A stretch of DNA of 64,000 nucleotides from Balanoglossus misakiensis (GCA_040954595.2 CM082589.2:10552894-10616893), one strand, 5' to 3'. Numbered from the stretch's first letter, positions 11,457 through 24,573 are shown. Program-made: numbers and translations. The notes: generated from the sequence alone by a model not told the origin.

Positions 11457-11914
11457 CTGTTGTGTTGATTTCTGTCTTTTTTACGTGTAACACAATCATG
11501 ACATTTTTCATAAAGAGGGCAGCCTTCCAAAATAAAGTGTCATCTCAATGCAGACAATGTGAAAAAGGCGGTCAGTAGAGTACTGCTCGAGCTCATCTAG
11601 TTTGTTGTATACATGATACAAGTTGCGTGTAAAACTGACCTTACAATAAAATGTGGCTGTCGAACATAAGTCCCAACTATAGTGTTGATACACAAGACAA
11701 TCAAGTTTTTACTTTGTGACCAACTGGCCTCATGTTTGCATCTTGGAAGGGTAACATGACTGCATAGCAATGTTTTATTAAAATTTGGTACATAGAGAAA
11801 TGGACTACTGTGACAGTATTGACTCTGGGAACTATGTAGATGATGCCCAGCCTAAAATACTGACTCTCTGCAATTATATTTTTTAGCATTTTTGTTCAAT
11901 TGCACTTTCAAGTA

Positions 11915-12084
11915 CAGTCAAACCTGTCTAACACCAAAGGGACTGAAGAAATTGTTCAGATTGCAGGTGTACAATTTAAAGAGGTTCTTTCAACATGTGG
12001 TTCTATGTCAAAAGGTTTGAACAATGTCTTTGAAATAGACAGGTTTCCAGATTAGACAGGGTTCGGTTGAGACAGGTTTTACTG
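11915..12084. mobile_element. Tc1/mariner (pogo/Tigger-like) MITE
   Basis: TA|cagtcaaacctgtct ... agacaggttttactg|TA. Confidence 0.75.
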
Positions 12085-13198
12085 TATTTTGATACATGCT
12101 CTGGCTTAACCCTTTCACCACTATGGTTCAGTCTAAACCTTTTATTTTCTATGGTAAGGTTGGATCTTTAAAGAGGAAACTGTTTTTTTCTGAGAATCTA
12201 TTTATTTCCTCTGTCACAAAAATTGCATGGGAGTTCTAATTCTAAAAGGAAAACTGATTTGATAAAAGATCTCAAAGTCAAGTTTTGGATGTGACTCCAT
12301 TTCAAGTATTGTAGGTGACTAGTTTTTCCGGAGTTCAAGTCTGTATACTTGCAGTAGAGTTTGTCACATGGACTTGGGTAATCTGAGTGAGGTCAGAAAT
12401 TGAACTTACACACATTTAGTTGAGTTAAGAACATGTCTGGTGTATTACTGTAATATGACTAGATACTGCAAATGCCTTAACTATAAGTGTATGTTAAAAT
12501 ACAGTTTCCATGGACAAATGTGAGTGATGAAATTAAATACACATGTTCATTAAAATCCACCATGATAGAGCGCCCCCACTGTTCAGAATGTCCATTTTGA
12601 AGTCCTACATCTATGACGTCATGCCTAGCTGTCAATGTTAACTGATGTGCACTTGTACTACTAGTAAATGGAAGTACTTTAAAGTAAAGCTCAGATGCAA
12701 GGTTTTGTAAAATAAATATAATATTAAAACGTTGCCATCATTTTAGTCCTTTGGAACAGCTGTCCTATTGACTAATGTGATCACTCTGTGTACGGCATAT
12801 GGCATATTAAGCATTTAGTATTTTTCAATCAGAAACCGTTAATCCTGTGATTAATTCTTCTTCTTGCAACATTGATTTTAAATCACCACACATGAATATT
12901 TTTGTCCAAAGGACTGCGATGCCCAAGTTTTTTTATGATAAGATAAACAAACAGTGAAATTCAGTGAAGAAGTGAGCGAGCACTTGCCCATTCATTGTTC
13001 AATGAAAGGTGACCGCCAAAACAAAAGTATTGAGAAAATAACCCGAAGTTGGAGTTGCTGAGTTTTAAATTGATTTCAATAATCTCCCAAGTGAAAAGCT
13101 TGGCTTGGCTGAAGCTCCTGTAGTCATGTTACATGTAGGTAGATTGACACAGATGACAATGTTTGAATGTTTACACTTTTCTTTGTTTGATCTTTCAG

Positions 13199-13450
13199 AG
13201 GAATATTCAAGCACTGCAGAAGAATCTAGAGATGGCACAGAAAAAAGAACTTGAATTGAAACAACAGCAAGATCAACATGCCAGACAAAGTCAACTCATA
13301 GCTCTAAGACAACAACATCAACAACAACAGCAATTACAAAGGTTACAACAAGAGAGAGCCCAACAATAACAACAACAACAACAACAAGCAGTGCAAGCAC
13401 AGCCATCCAATATACAATCAACAAATCAACAACTAAAACACCTCTTACAA
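13199..13450 (+). pseudogene. Gln-rich coiled-coil exon with LxxLL motif (resembles invertebrate Mediator MED25 C-terminus); premature TAA
   Basis: tctttcag acceptor, gtaagt donor, 252 bp, phase 0-0: RNIQALQKNLEMAQKKELELKQQQ...ERAQQ*QQQQQQAVQAQPSNIQSTNQQLKHLLQ; TAA at 13367-13369 inside a CAA run. Confidence 0.6.
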
Positions 13451-13698
13451 GTAAGTTGTCATAATAATGTGTACAGTGAATATTTTGAAAACCAAGACTG
13501 GTACCAGTGGCACTTCTGGGAATTGTTATGTGGGGAAAAATGAAATCAGTTTTCTCAAAAAGGAGCTTTCTTGATGGTACAAATAACATGGTCTGTGCCA
13601 TTCCCAAAATGATTTTAATGTATTGAAGACCTGACAGTCACACAGAATAAATTCAATGAACTATTTGCCCAACATGACAACTTTTCCCCACACAGATT

Positions 13699-13753
13699 TA
13701 GACGTGGTGGGTATGGCTGATTTGCCTCAAATCGGCCATACGCACCACATCTA
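13699..13753. repeat. 55-bp hairpin with TAG..CTA ends
   Basis: tagacgtggtgggtatggctgattt-gcctc-aaatcggccatacgcaccacatcta; 22/25 arm identity. Confidence 0.7.
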
Positions 13754-15015
13754 TTAATATTCATGATTTTACTTTTCATGTTTATGTACACTCTTATAAC
13801 AATAGGAAATCTAGAGAATGGCTATTTCATCAAGTTGACAACCCCCGCATGTGTAAGTCATGTACATAAACAAAAATAGTCTGGTGTGTGGAGCCTCCTC
13901 CCTTTTTACAGGAAGTACTTTCGAAAAATGTTTATGCAATCAGTTCACACTCATGATCAATTTTGTGTCAGAATTATTGTCCAAGTCAGCATGCCATAGA
14001 TATATTGATGAAATAAACATTGGGACCAATAGGATTAAGGGAGGTGTGACTGGTCCAACCTGTTCAGTTTTAGTGTGGGGGGAAAAGCTGGAAGGAAAGC
14101 AGACCTAAATTACTGACAAAGAAATACAACAAATCTTGTCTCATTCTTATTTTCAATTCCTCTAGTTTTTCCATGGTACCAGTGTGGAAGCACTGATGAT
14201 AACCTCTGACAGACAGTTTTAAATGACGACAATCATCTTACTCTTATGCACATATGCGTTAATTTTGTGTGTACAAAATAACGTCCAATCCAAATATTCT
14301 GCACAATTTTATGTGCGTGCATTCATATAGTGGACTGCCTTCGCTTCCTTCTATATTTCTTGCATGCCAGATAAGAAGAATTTAGTTTTGTCTCTTCTTT
14401 TCACTCAATTTGCTGTCTTTTCCTAATCTATGACACAGACTATGGTTGCCGCCACCTTGTCTGTTGTTAAGACAGCACTTGTGGCATAGATAACAATTTT
14501 GTAACTAGAGTCTCTGCTTTGGCAAATGTGTGTTAGATGAACATTACACTTTAACAAAAGTCTGCTTAGAATTTAAATCATATTCTCTTCAAAATGTCTG
14601 CATCTGAGAACATGGTAAATTAAAGCTGAAAGCAGTGTTCACTGGGCCCAAGCAATTCCCAGGGTTCCTACAGAATGCTAAGGATTATCTGCTGTGGATA
14701 CCCAAAATTTTGTCAAAAAGTTTTGATCCTAAACTGATCTATGTCCTACAAAATCTAAACTTCTAGATCTATTGGTTAGCCTAGAATTAGGAGTGTACAT
14801 AATTAATTAGGTCAACAGGGGTCTTGAAACTAACCATCAATTTTAGACACAGCCTAAATCAATTTCCCATTGTACAGTAACTAACTATATGCCGCCCTAA
14901 ATTTCAGTCTGATTGACAAATGTAAAGAAAATTAAAAAGAAGTGTCTCCTGATACATTGCCATTTGCTGTGAAGTGACTTTAAAAGAAAACTGTTTTGTT
15001 TGTATTTAACTGCAG

Positions 15016-15264
15016 CAGCAGCAACAAGCCAGCGGAACAAAAGCAACCATTCCACCACCACAACAACAAACATGGCAACAACAACAACAACAGCAACAGT
15101 TATCACAACAACAACAACAACAGCTGTAACTAGGACAACAGCCACGGCCGCGACCACAGGTACCTCAGATGGACTTGGCACCCAGCATGCAACAAACACT
15201 GCAACAATCATGTAGTAATCTGCTGGCTGTTGACATGAGTCTTTTTGATATTCCGAATCAATAA
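15016..15264 (+). pseudogene. Gln-rich terminal exon (MED25-C-terminus-like); premature TAA
   Basis: Tandem CAGCAGCAG acceptor; phase-0 frame QQQQASGTKATIPPPQQQTWQ8LSQ6L*LGQQPRPRPQVPQMDLAPSMQQTLQQSCSNLLAVDMSLFDIPNQ*; TAA at 15127-15129 and 15262-15264; AATAAA overlaps the final stop. Confidence 0.55.
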
Positions 15265-15751
15265 ATTCTTACAGGAAACTGACTATAATGAACAGGAGAC
15301 TGTTCATGCCTTCATTACCGTTGTAACTTCTATATACTAAATGAAACCCAGATGCCCAAAGAAATGTCAGAAAATTCTCAAGGTTTTTTCCAGACAGTCA
15401 AGTATTGGGGATTTGGAATATTTATCACTCTCATTTACTGTATACAGACATATCCATTCCAAAGCTATCACCTCCACTCATTCTTCAGTGTTCCTTGATT
15501 TAAAAAAAAAAATTTAAACAGATCAAATAACACGAAATTGTTATTCCAGTGTAGTAACATAATATACTCGGTCTGTACTAATTCTTGCATTAGCTTTACA
15601 TTGTTTCCATCATAATGCCTTATTTCAATATAACCATATTTGTATGCTGGGAGGATGTAACTAGTTGTCAGTGTCTATTGTAATACAAAGTATGCCATAC
15701 ACAAAGCAACTGTGCATTGTCTTCTGGTGTGAAAAAATGATACTTAGGATG

Positions 15752-15960
15752 TATGTAAAATGGGAAATTTTCATGAGAGATAAATTCGCCCGAATCATGC
15801 AAGTGCTAAAAAAACACGAAACTAAAAAGTCGCGTAAACATGTTTTTCAGAAATAATGATGAATTGAAATTCGAGAATGCGAAAATTAATCGTTGCATAA
15901 CAGTTGCCACATTTGATATTATGAAAATTTCCCGTTGCGAAAATTTCATGTTTTACAGTA
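15752..15960. mobile_element. Degenerate TA-flanked MITE
   Basis: tatgtaaaatgggaaattttc versus gaaaatttcatgttttacagta; internal gcgaaaatt repeats. Confidence 0.55.
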
Positions 15961-16329
15961 TATAGCCATATTTTTTCCACTTCCAAAACTAACATCAAGA
16001 GTGATGCATGCCACTGGCCCAATAAAGCCTGATAGCTCTTGCTGGGAATTGTGATGTAACTACCATCCCCCTTAAAGTCACTGACATAAACTGAACAATG
16101 GCGATTGTGTGTAAGGTTATAGTAAAGGCAAGGCTAATTTAAATTTAAAATGGTACCAATCCTTAATCACACATATGTATCCTTTGACCAATCATTGGAA
16201 AAACAAAGTCCGTGATTGACTTCAAAGTAATGCTAATTACATCACGATTCCCTGCAAGGGGTATCATGCTTTATTGGGCCAGTGGCATGCATAGTTTTTT
16301 GAAAGCAAAGCAGATAAAATACAGCTATA
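15961..16329. mobile_element. Non-autonomous element with ~30-bp subterminal inverted repeats
   Basis: atgcatgccactggcccaataaagcctgata (~16004-16033) versus tatcatgctttattgggccagtggcatgcat (~16262-16291); tatagc..gctata ends. Confidence 0.6.
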
Positions 16330-17429
16330 TACTAGACTAATACCTTATTAACTCCTGATCATTGGAGAATGTATCTCTAAAGTTACTCTCTATCGCTCCC
16401 TCAGGGAAGAGAGCAATAGACAGCTCTTTCAGTGTCAGAACTTCCAGTTGTATACCAATCATTTGTATTACCCAATCACAGACTTTGTGTTATTGGTCAT
16501 TTATCTATCCAATTGAAACTCACATGTTCATTGGAGCATTACACCAAAGAAGTCACACTATAACAGTGACAATACAACACTTGCAAAAACATGGATTGCT
16601 CAGGTCAGCCTATCTGGTTCCAGATTATGTGAACCAACTAATGCAGCTATAATGAATGTGTTTGGTTATATACAGAGAATTGTAGGTTGTATGAGACATG
16701 TTAATATTACACTCTAGCATGGGGCAATGTATATTTATCATGTGAAAGCCACGAAGTCACTAGCTCTTGATGTTCATTTTCTATTTTTGTTGTTGAATAA
16801 TTTGTTATGAAATTGGATTGAAGCTGAACTCACAGCATATGTGTGGACATAACACGTTTATACGTCCATGTAATAATTTTTGTTAAAGCCAAACAATTAA
16901 ATATCACCATTATAACAAAATTAACAACAATCTAACCCCGGGGCTGTCACTAATTTGAATGGATACCGATCCAGAGTTAATGTTTCATTGGGAAGTCTAA
17001 CAGTGTTTTGAAATGTCACATTGTAATTTGAAAGTTTGGGCTTGGGCAGTGACAATGACATTGTTTGTGTACACAATTTGAAATGGAGCTCTTTGAAAAG
17101 AGAAAAGTGGTGTGTGGAAAAGAATGAAGTCTTTGGGCTTATATCAGGTGCCTTCATTTGACTCTCAAGGAGAGTTTTGTAAAACAATTAACTTGTTGTG
17201 TGTCAGCATTATTGGGAAAGATTAAGCACACACATGTATACAGGTTAGATAAAAATGGAAAATTACCATCAGCCTTTTTTCTTAGCACTCTCACCATTCA
17301 CCCCCAGTTCCCTGTGTAGACATCCAACTTTTCCAACAGAAACAATGGATTTGGACCGAACCATTAGTTCATTTGAATACCGGTATGTATGTAATATCTG
17401 TATTTATAACATACCTCATGCTAACACTG

Positions 17430-17694
17430 TGTCATGATTCGCCAGAATCCGTCAGGTGATAAGAAAATAGAATCGACTATGAATCCCTTGGGGAAATAGC
17501 AGAAAATATATAAACTGGTCACGTGACCAAAGGGATATAAAAGAATCCCATGCATATACATAGTCAGTTCACTTCTGTAGCCAGACTGGCCATACATATG
17601 AACTGATGATGTCCCTGTTTTAGGCATATGGCTTGTGAAACTGTTAAACCATTTTGTTGTGTTTTGTGTTTGGTGATCGGCAAAATCCGTGACA
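17430..17694 (+). mobile_element. Probable solo LTR (Gypsy-like)
   Basis: TG..CA termini with inverted ends tgtcatgattcgcc / ggcaaaatccgtgaca; internal TATA-like tatataaa (~17507) and atataaaa (~17534); 265 bp; no clear TSD. Confidence 0.45.
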
Positions 17695-18344
17695 AGCATG
17701 GTAGAATCAAACTATTAGATGCATGTTAAGAAATATAGTCAATTATTAGGAAGTGACCATAGTTGCCAAACGATTAAAATCACATTTTTAATAACAATAT
17801 TCACATGTCATTGTTTCTACATTTCTAGAATTTCAGCCATTCATTTTATGTTTGTGTGAAGAATGACACCTTGAGGCTGTAGAATCATGTATAGTGCTGA
17901 AGGGAAGGGGGGACACGATTCCTCAATTTCTTTCATTTTGCATAAGATGCTAAGTTGGTTTAATTTTTTTCCGGATATTGCTTATATTGTACTGAAAGTT
18001 TGGTATGTTATGCAGTTTTTAAGAAGAGCTTTTGACAAACATTTCAGTGTACTTTCAAGACTGCTAGAGTATGTACATAGTGTATGCAGCGTTAGGAAGA
18101 AATATCTTTGATATTTTTATTCTAACAATTTTCCTATCAGGATAAACAAGTAGACAGAGATATCATGTTAGGATTTTTGCATACATAAAATAAATATTCT
18201 GATAAAATGAGTGCTTTTGTCTGTCTCTTTGATTTCAGGTGAGGATCAGCCGCTCCAACAAATGGTCTGCTTACTTCCCTTTTTCATCTGATTAAAATCA
18301 AATGTAGTGTTAGGCGCTGGTGATGATTTTGGCTATTCTGTTCT

Positions 18345-19900
18345 CAGTTGTTAGCTGGGAACTACTGGTCAGATTGCTTTGAAAAGTGGTATGCATGTTT
18401 CTTATGCCAAGATCATAGAGCTATATAAGTTCTAAGCTAACATCGTGAATTGTCTACTTTTTATGAATGTTTTGTCTTTTAACACAATGGTAAAATATTT
18501 TCTATGAAAGTAATTGGCTGATTTCTTTAACATTTAGTATAAATCTTCCTATAGGTGTAATTGTTGCAAAGTTTGCACATTTGTAATTATGAGCCAAATT
18601 TTGCAATTTTTGGTCAAAAATCGTTTTCTCTGAAACCTCGTGCTTGTCAGATTGCTTTGGGAATTGGTAGGCATGTTCTCAGGGTTAAGCAATTGTAAGT
18701 TGTTTGAAAATTTTGTTGAAATTTGCTTATTTGTGTTCTTGAGGTAACTTGTGATTTTCTTGTTGAAACCACTTGTCAGATTGCTTTGAACTTTGGTAAG
18801 CATGTTCTCATCGAAGTAAGATATTGTATAATTTTGGTGATGTTTGCATTTTTGTGTTTGGCAGTTTTGGGACAGTTTTTTTAAATTAGATCATATCTAT
18901 TTGTTTGGTATTAGGTCATTAACAAAAAATTAAGTCATAGAGTTGGTCACACATATTACTTATAGCACAAGTTTGAAAAAAATGACCAGTTTGTGTCGCG
19001 TTATCTGCTTTCATTGAGGAGTAACAGCGCCCGCAAGTCAAGTGTTTATGTCACATTTGTATTGGTATATTCCAGTGGGACCTTATGAGATCGGTACGTT
19101 GCATCTGTATGGATGTATGGGAGTATGTCCATCCACATCAAAAACTTGAAGACTGCTACGCGTACAACCTCGATATTTGGTGTGTAGATGCATACCGGGT
19201 TGTAGATGGGAGTTTGTTCAAACGAAGTTGACATTGCCAAAAATATGCAAATTTTCTGGGAAAAACCTTAATTTGGTCAAAACTCAGAAACTCAGCAACC
19301 CCTGGTCATAATGATTCTGTATGTTTTGAGGTAATACTTTGAATTTTCTATTTTTCGCATTTGTTTGTCTTTTTCTACATTTTTGTAAAAAAACTACCTT
19401 TCTGGAATTAATCAGCCCACCTCTTTGAAATTTAGTATGGAGCTTCATATAGGTGATCTGAGTTACTAAAGTTTTGTTTAAATTGCTGCAAAATTTGCGA
19501 GCAATTTTTACCTTTTTGATCATTTTTTAAATGTAAAACAGCTCATAGATTGCTTTGGAAATTTGCATGTATGTTTGTCAAATCAACTAGAAGAATTTAA
19601 TATTATATTTTTGGGGTGATTTTTGCCATTTTTGGTCAAAACTCTTTCTCAGAACCCTCTACTCCATTGCTTTCAAATTTGATTTAAAGGTTCCTGGGTG
19701 CGTTGTCATGATAATTTACAAAACCAATGATGAAAGTGTCAATGCTTTTTGTTGGCAATATCTTGTATTTTGGGGGCATATTTTCCAATTTTGAAAAATA
19801 ATAGTTCCCAGTGTATTACTCTAAAATTGAGTTAATAGTATTGGAATTATAATGGAATCAAATTATAGGTAATTCGGAACTTTTATATTTTGTAGGGTAT
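18345..19900 (+). mobile_element. Two adjacent HINE-like interspersed repeats with degenerate internal tandem units
   Basis: Recurrent cagattgctttg(a/g)aa..ggtaggcatgtt motifs; tail ending agcgcccgcaagtcaagtgtttat (~19048), followed directly by a new head with a (tgta/tgga) microsatellite. Boundaries approximate. Confidence 0.45.
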
Positions 19901-21633
19901 TTTGTTATATACAAAAACAAAATTCATCTCCGCGACCAGCTGTTCTTTTTGGTGCATGGACAGTGTTGGCCTGTCGATTTATCTATATTTAGAAAATTTG
20001 ATCAAATTCAAACTTGAATTGCATTGAATCAATTTTAATTCCCGCCAAGAACACTTTATTGACTACAAACGTTTGTTTTGTTGGATGGGTAAAATTTAAG
20101 ACCTCTCGACCAACGCAGAGTGAAGTTTAATACTTTTGAAGTTGTCAAAATCGACTAAACAGAGCGAGAAAAACGGCAATTTGCGCTGTCGGCACATTTC
20201 TTCTCCTGCCTCGAATTATCGACACCAGGACCCCCCCCCCCCCCCCAAAAAAAAATATCAATTATGGATCATCAAATAACTAGACTGCATCGTCCATGAA
20301 ATCAAACTCGACGACAAAAAAACTTCGCCGATTCCGAGGTAAACGCATCCCGACAGGATAAGAACTCCGCTATTTGATGTCATCTGATTTCTCTGTAAAC
20401 ATTGGTTGGTCGTTACTTCGGGAATGGCACTTAATCTTCTCGGTTCGGCCTTTAATTTCCATGACCCCGGTTGTTTCGGCCAAGACGCAAACTGGTTCTT
20501 CACTTTGTAGTTCAGTAAAGTTGGCGAATGGGATAGTCTGTTAATGGTGAATGCAGGCCTGAACGCAGTGCTAGCGAACGGGACAAATTGACATAATAAA
20601 AGCGAGCGTGTTGTCAGATTAGTGGGACTGTCATATCATGAACACAATACGGGAGGCGTGATAAGGGCATTATAAAGAGCGAGCGTGAAACAGACATGGA
20701 AACGATCGACAGTACGGTACAGTGGCTGTGGGTAGAGCGAGCATGTTGCTGTGCCAAACACATTCACCATGTTTGTTAAATACAACACACACCGACTTGA
20801 CCTGCGGCCGCAGCTGCAGCTTCCTAACGCGCCCTAATCCAAGCAGTTTACGATCTCGTGGATCGTGGTTGGACCAACAAAATGACCCAGAAAGAGAACC
20901 ACATTAGGAAGTATTATAGGTCTGTTTCCTCAAAGTCGAATAGGTGCAAAACTTAACGCACATCAAAATGTTGCCCAGACAACGGAAGTTAGCAGTTTGC
21001 TTGCTCGGTTTGAAATGCGCGGCTGTGGTAGAAAATTACCCCCTGTTCTTTGGGACGTGAGCCACCCCCCTGAGACAATGGTGCACTCACACTCGAGAAC
21101 ATAGGTTTGCTATTTGCATATACAAATGGAATATTCCTTCGAATGCGAGCATGTTCCAGTGCGTTCTAAAATAATAAAATATGCAGCTATAGCATGTATG
21201 CATATTCATTAGTGTGTCGTAATGCTAACTATGGTCTGTGATTGGGTAACAAGTCCCACTCTCCATAACAACAGGTGATCATTGACCCGTTTCCGGTGTG
21301 CGACGCCGGGTTTCGACCACTTTCCTTCTTACTGCCGCGGGATCAAGACGTCTTTTCGGTAGGCTCATAATCCAGTCATTGCTTTTAGTACCATAGCCTA
21401 TGTAGCTACGTTACCGTCGCTCGATTGTTTAGTCTGGTATTAGGTGATTTGCAGCTATCCGTTCAACACCTTGTAGTTGAACAGAAGTAGGTCTTATTCC
21501 AGAAAAAAATCCGAGCTACGGGCGTGCAGCTAGCCATGCCTCTCGGCCATTCTGTGTATGGCTTCGCTGCTGACCCTGAGGTCATAATCGAGAAAGTCTA
21601 GACATATTTATAGGGTTATACTCTGTGAGAATT

Positions 21634-22445
21634 TTATTGCTAGGCCTCTTGCCTAAGCGCACGTAGAGCCAGTGTTTGCATTTTTTTTTAATTTTACGGT
21701 TTAAACGTGGTTGGTGTATTTTCGCTTTTCTGTTTGTTTTTTCGTAACATTTTACTGTTTACATGTTGTTGGCGTATTTTCGCTTTTCTGGTGTGATTTC
21801 CACCTCACTGTTGGCATACTTAAACAATTATCCTAATTTTTATTGGGCAAACCGATAAAACCAAAACCACCACAAGTAAAGAAAATTGTAATCTGTTTGG
21901 TGATAACCCTTTTAGCTTTGAGAGATAACCGATTTGATGTTTTAGTAAAACCAAATTTTTGACCAGGGTGACAAGCATTTTTTTCTCTGAGAGTCGTGTT
22001 GCTTTGAAGCATACATTTGGATATATGGTCCCATTTGATGAAAACCTGGTTGATGAAAAATGTGCATATTTATAATTTTGTAGAATTTTTTGTCTTTTTT
22101 GGTCAAAAATTGTTTTATCTAAAACTGCTTGTCAGATTGCTTTCAAATTTTGCAGGGTTGTTCCTTGGGAATAATTAAGTGAGATGTTTTAGAAAAATAC
22201 TTGAAATATGCATATTTGCGTTTTGTGTGTGATAGTTTTGGAATTTTTCATTAAAAATTATTTTCTTTCAAACTGATTGTCAGATTGCCTTGAGCTTTGG
22301 TAGGCATGTTCCCTGAAGCGATTGACGTAAGATATTGTACAATTTTGGTGAAAATACTGATTTTTCTGAAACTGCATATGGGATTGCTTTGAAATTTGAT
22401 AGTATTATTGCAATGGGTAACCCAAGTTTTGTCTGATTGTGTTGA
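21634..22445 (+). mobile_element. HINE-like interspersed repeat remnant
   Basis: Same cagattgctttcaaattt / ggtaggcatgttcc motifs as 18345-19900. Confidence 0.4.
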
Positions 22446-24301
22446 TTTCCCTATACTGAGACTCGCCAAGTACACTATATGTTTATATCACTAGAGAGTT
22501 CAGAATCCAATATGGCCGCCATACGAACTGGGACATACTGTGTAATCTGATTATTTTCTAAACTTGTCATATTTTAATTTCTCGATCTCACAAATAAAAA
22601 TGAAATGCCAAAAACTTAGTAACTTTCGTTTCTTCCCGCTTGGTGTCCATTAAAGTCTTTTTCCTCCCACTGGGAAAGTGGCTAGAGTCAATATGTGCAT
22701 AATGGCAGCATTATATGGCACTGAATAAATGGCAGGGGTGTTTACATCTCCTAATTTGTTTTCACTTAAACCATGATAAATATCTAACATTATATGATCA
22801 TATTGTGTATGCAACTCGGAGATGCGTTTCACTTCAGGGTTGGAAGTTTGTTTAGTCAAGTCTGGGAAGTGACATGTCTTCAAAGTGACTGATGTTATCT
22901 GCTTAGAGCTGAATGCCCATGGGTGTTCTTTCCTAGAAATACATTTTCTTTGCATTTCATAGACCTGTGTATAATTATAATTTCAGTTATATATTCTAAT
23001 TTGTGTTTAGGTAGAGTATGCATGGAATTAAAATAATTATTCTGTAATTACCCAACAAAAATGTTTGTCTTACAATTGTCTAGCAAGTGGGTATTTTGAT
23101 TGTTAATTTGCACAGGCAACATTATGGAAGTAGCATAAAGAGTATTCGATAATATAGCAGACCTTCTAGCCAGAAAGAAGAGCTTAGAAGATTTATCAGC
23201 TCATAATATTCCTTTAACCAATGAACTTTATATGAACTTGCACACCTGCCTTCAAGATACAGGGATTAATGTTCAGGAAACCTTACCAGCTCTAGTACAT
23301 TTATTTCAGCCAGAAATTGAATTACCAGAAAAAAAAATCAGTAATGTTACAAAGAAACAGTAAGAAAATAAATGGAGAAAGCCAGCAAGGAAGGCAGAAA
23401 AGTGGAATACATGAAATACACAGTTTGCTTAAACTACATGTGTATGCAGTAAAAACTGTATGGTGCAAGGACGTTCAGTTTTATGATTTATAGCCAGCCA
23501 GTCTTTCCATGCATATCATACCAAAATTAATATGAAAATCGTGTAAATGTTAATAGACTACAAGGATAGTACAAATACATGTAGACATTACACTATCCAA
23601 CTTTCTCCACTTTTGATATCTGCCCAACACAGGCAAGCAAAAGGGCCGATCTGAGAGTTTGACTTGAATGATGGCAATTTTTGCTGTCCAGAAGTAACTG
23701 TATAAAATATTTTTGGTAGTAGTATTATTGCTCAAAATACACAAGAATTTAAATATTTCCACTCACTACAGTGATTGAACTGATTTTCAGCAAATTGCAG
23801 TGTATAAACAGATATTGCCATCTAATGAAATATCAATCCAATATGGCCGCCCATTTGCAATGGTAAAATGCTAGGTTTTTCCTTTTTTGAGCGCCTGGGA
23901 ATTTAAATTGTAATCCAGATATCAAAAACTGAAGTCACTATCTGTATCTGCACATATATTGTAATATATTCTGAAAATTTCGTTACAATTAGATCAACTA
24001 TGATTGAGACACGGAACATCAAACATTGCAAAATTTCATATTTCCCATGGTGCCATGCAAAAAATAGAGAGATTTTCTTTACAAGTTTAGATGATCTCCT
24101 GTAAAACTGAAAGAAGTATTCTTCTGTGAATCGTGCATAATTTTTTGAAAAATGTTGAAGATACTTGAGAATATCAGTATTTTTTGATGCTTTTGTACCT
24201 TGAAAACTGGTGAACCGATTTTGATAATTTTCTTTATTATAACCTACAAAGACCTATAAAATTTTTTATCAGTAAAATAAACAGCCTTATATAATTTTAC
24301 C

Positions 24302-24573
24302 GGTCCAGCTGTTACAGAGACCACCGGCTATTTTATTATAAACTGGTGGTAGGTCAGTGAATGCCTCTGTCTGATTGGACTAATTAGCTTGTCATACTCG
24401 CATATATTTTACAGACAGTTTTTGGACAAAAATCAGTTGTGGTCCAGCTGTTACAGAGACCACCGGTTATTTTATTATAAACTGGTGGTAGGTCAGTGAA
24501 TGCCTCTGTCTGATTGGACTAATTAGCTTGTCATACTCGCATGTATTTTACAGACAGTTTTTGGACAAAAATC
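24302..24573 (+). repeat. Two-copy 139-bp tandem duplication
   Basis: ggtccagctgttacagagaccaccgg... starts at 24302 and 24441; near-identical copies. Confidence 0.9.

Noticed and set aside
13367-15129. TAA-as-Gln alternative genetic code or readthrough
   Set aside because: Both TAAs are single C>T changes in Gln-rich runs, and TAA acts as a normal stop elsewhere (6497, 15264).
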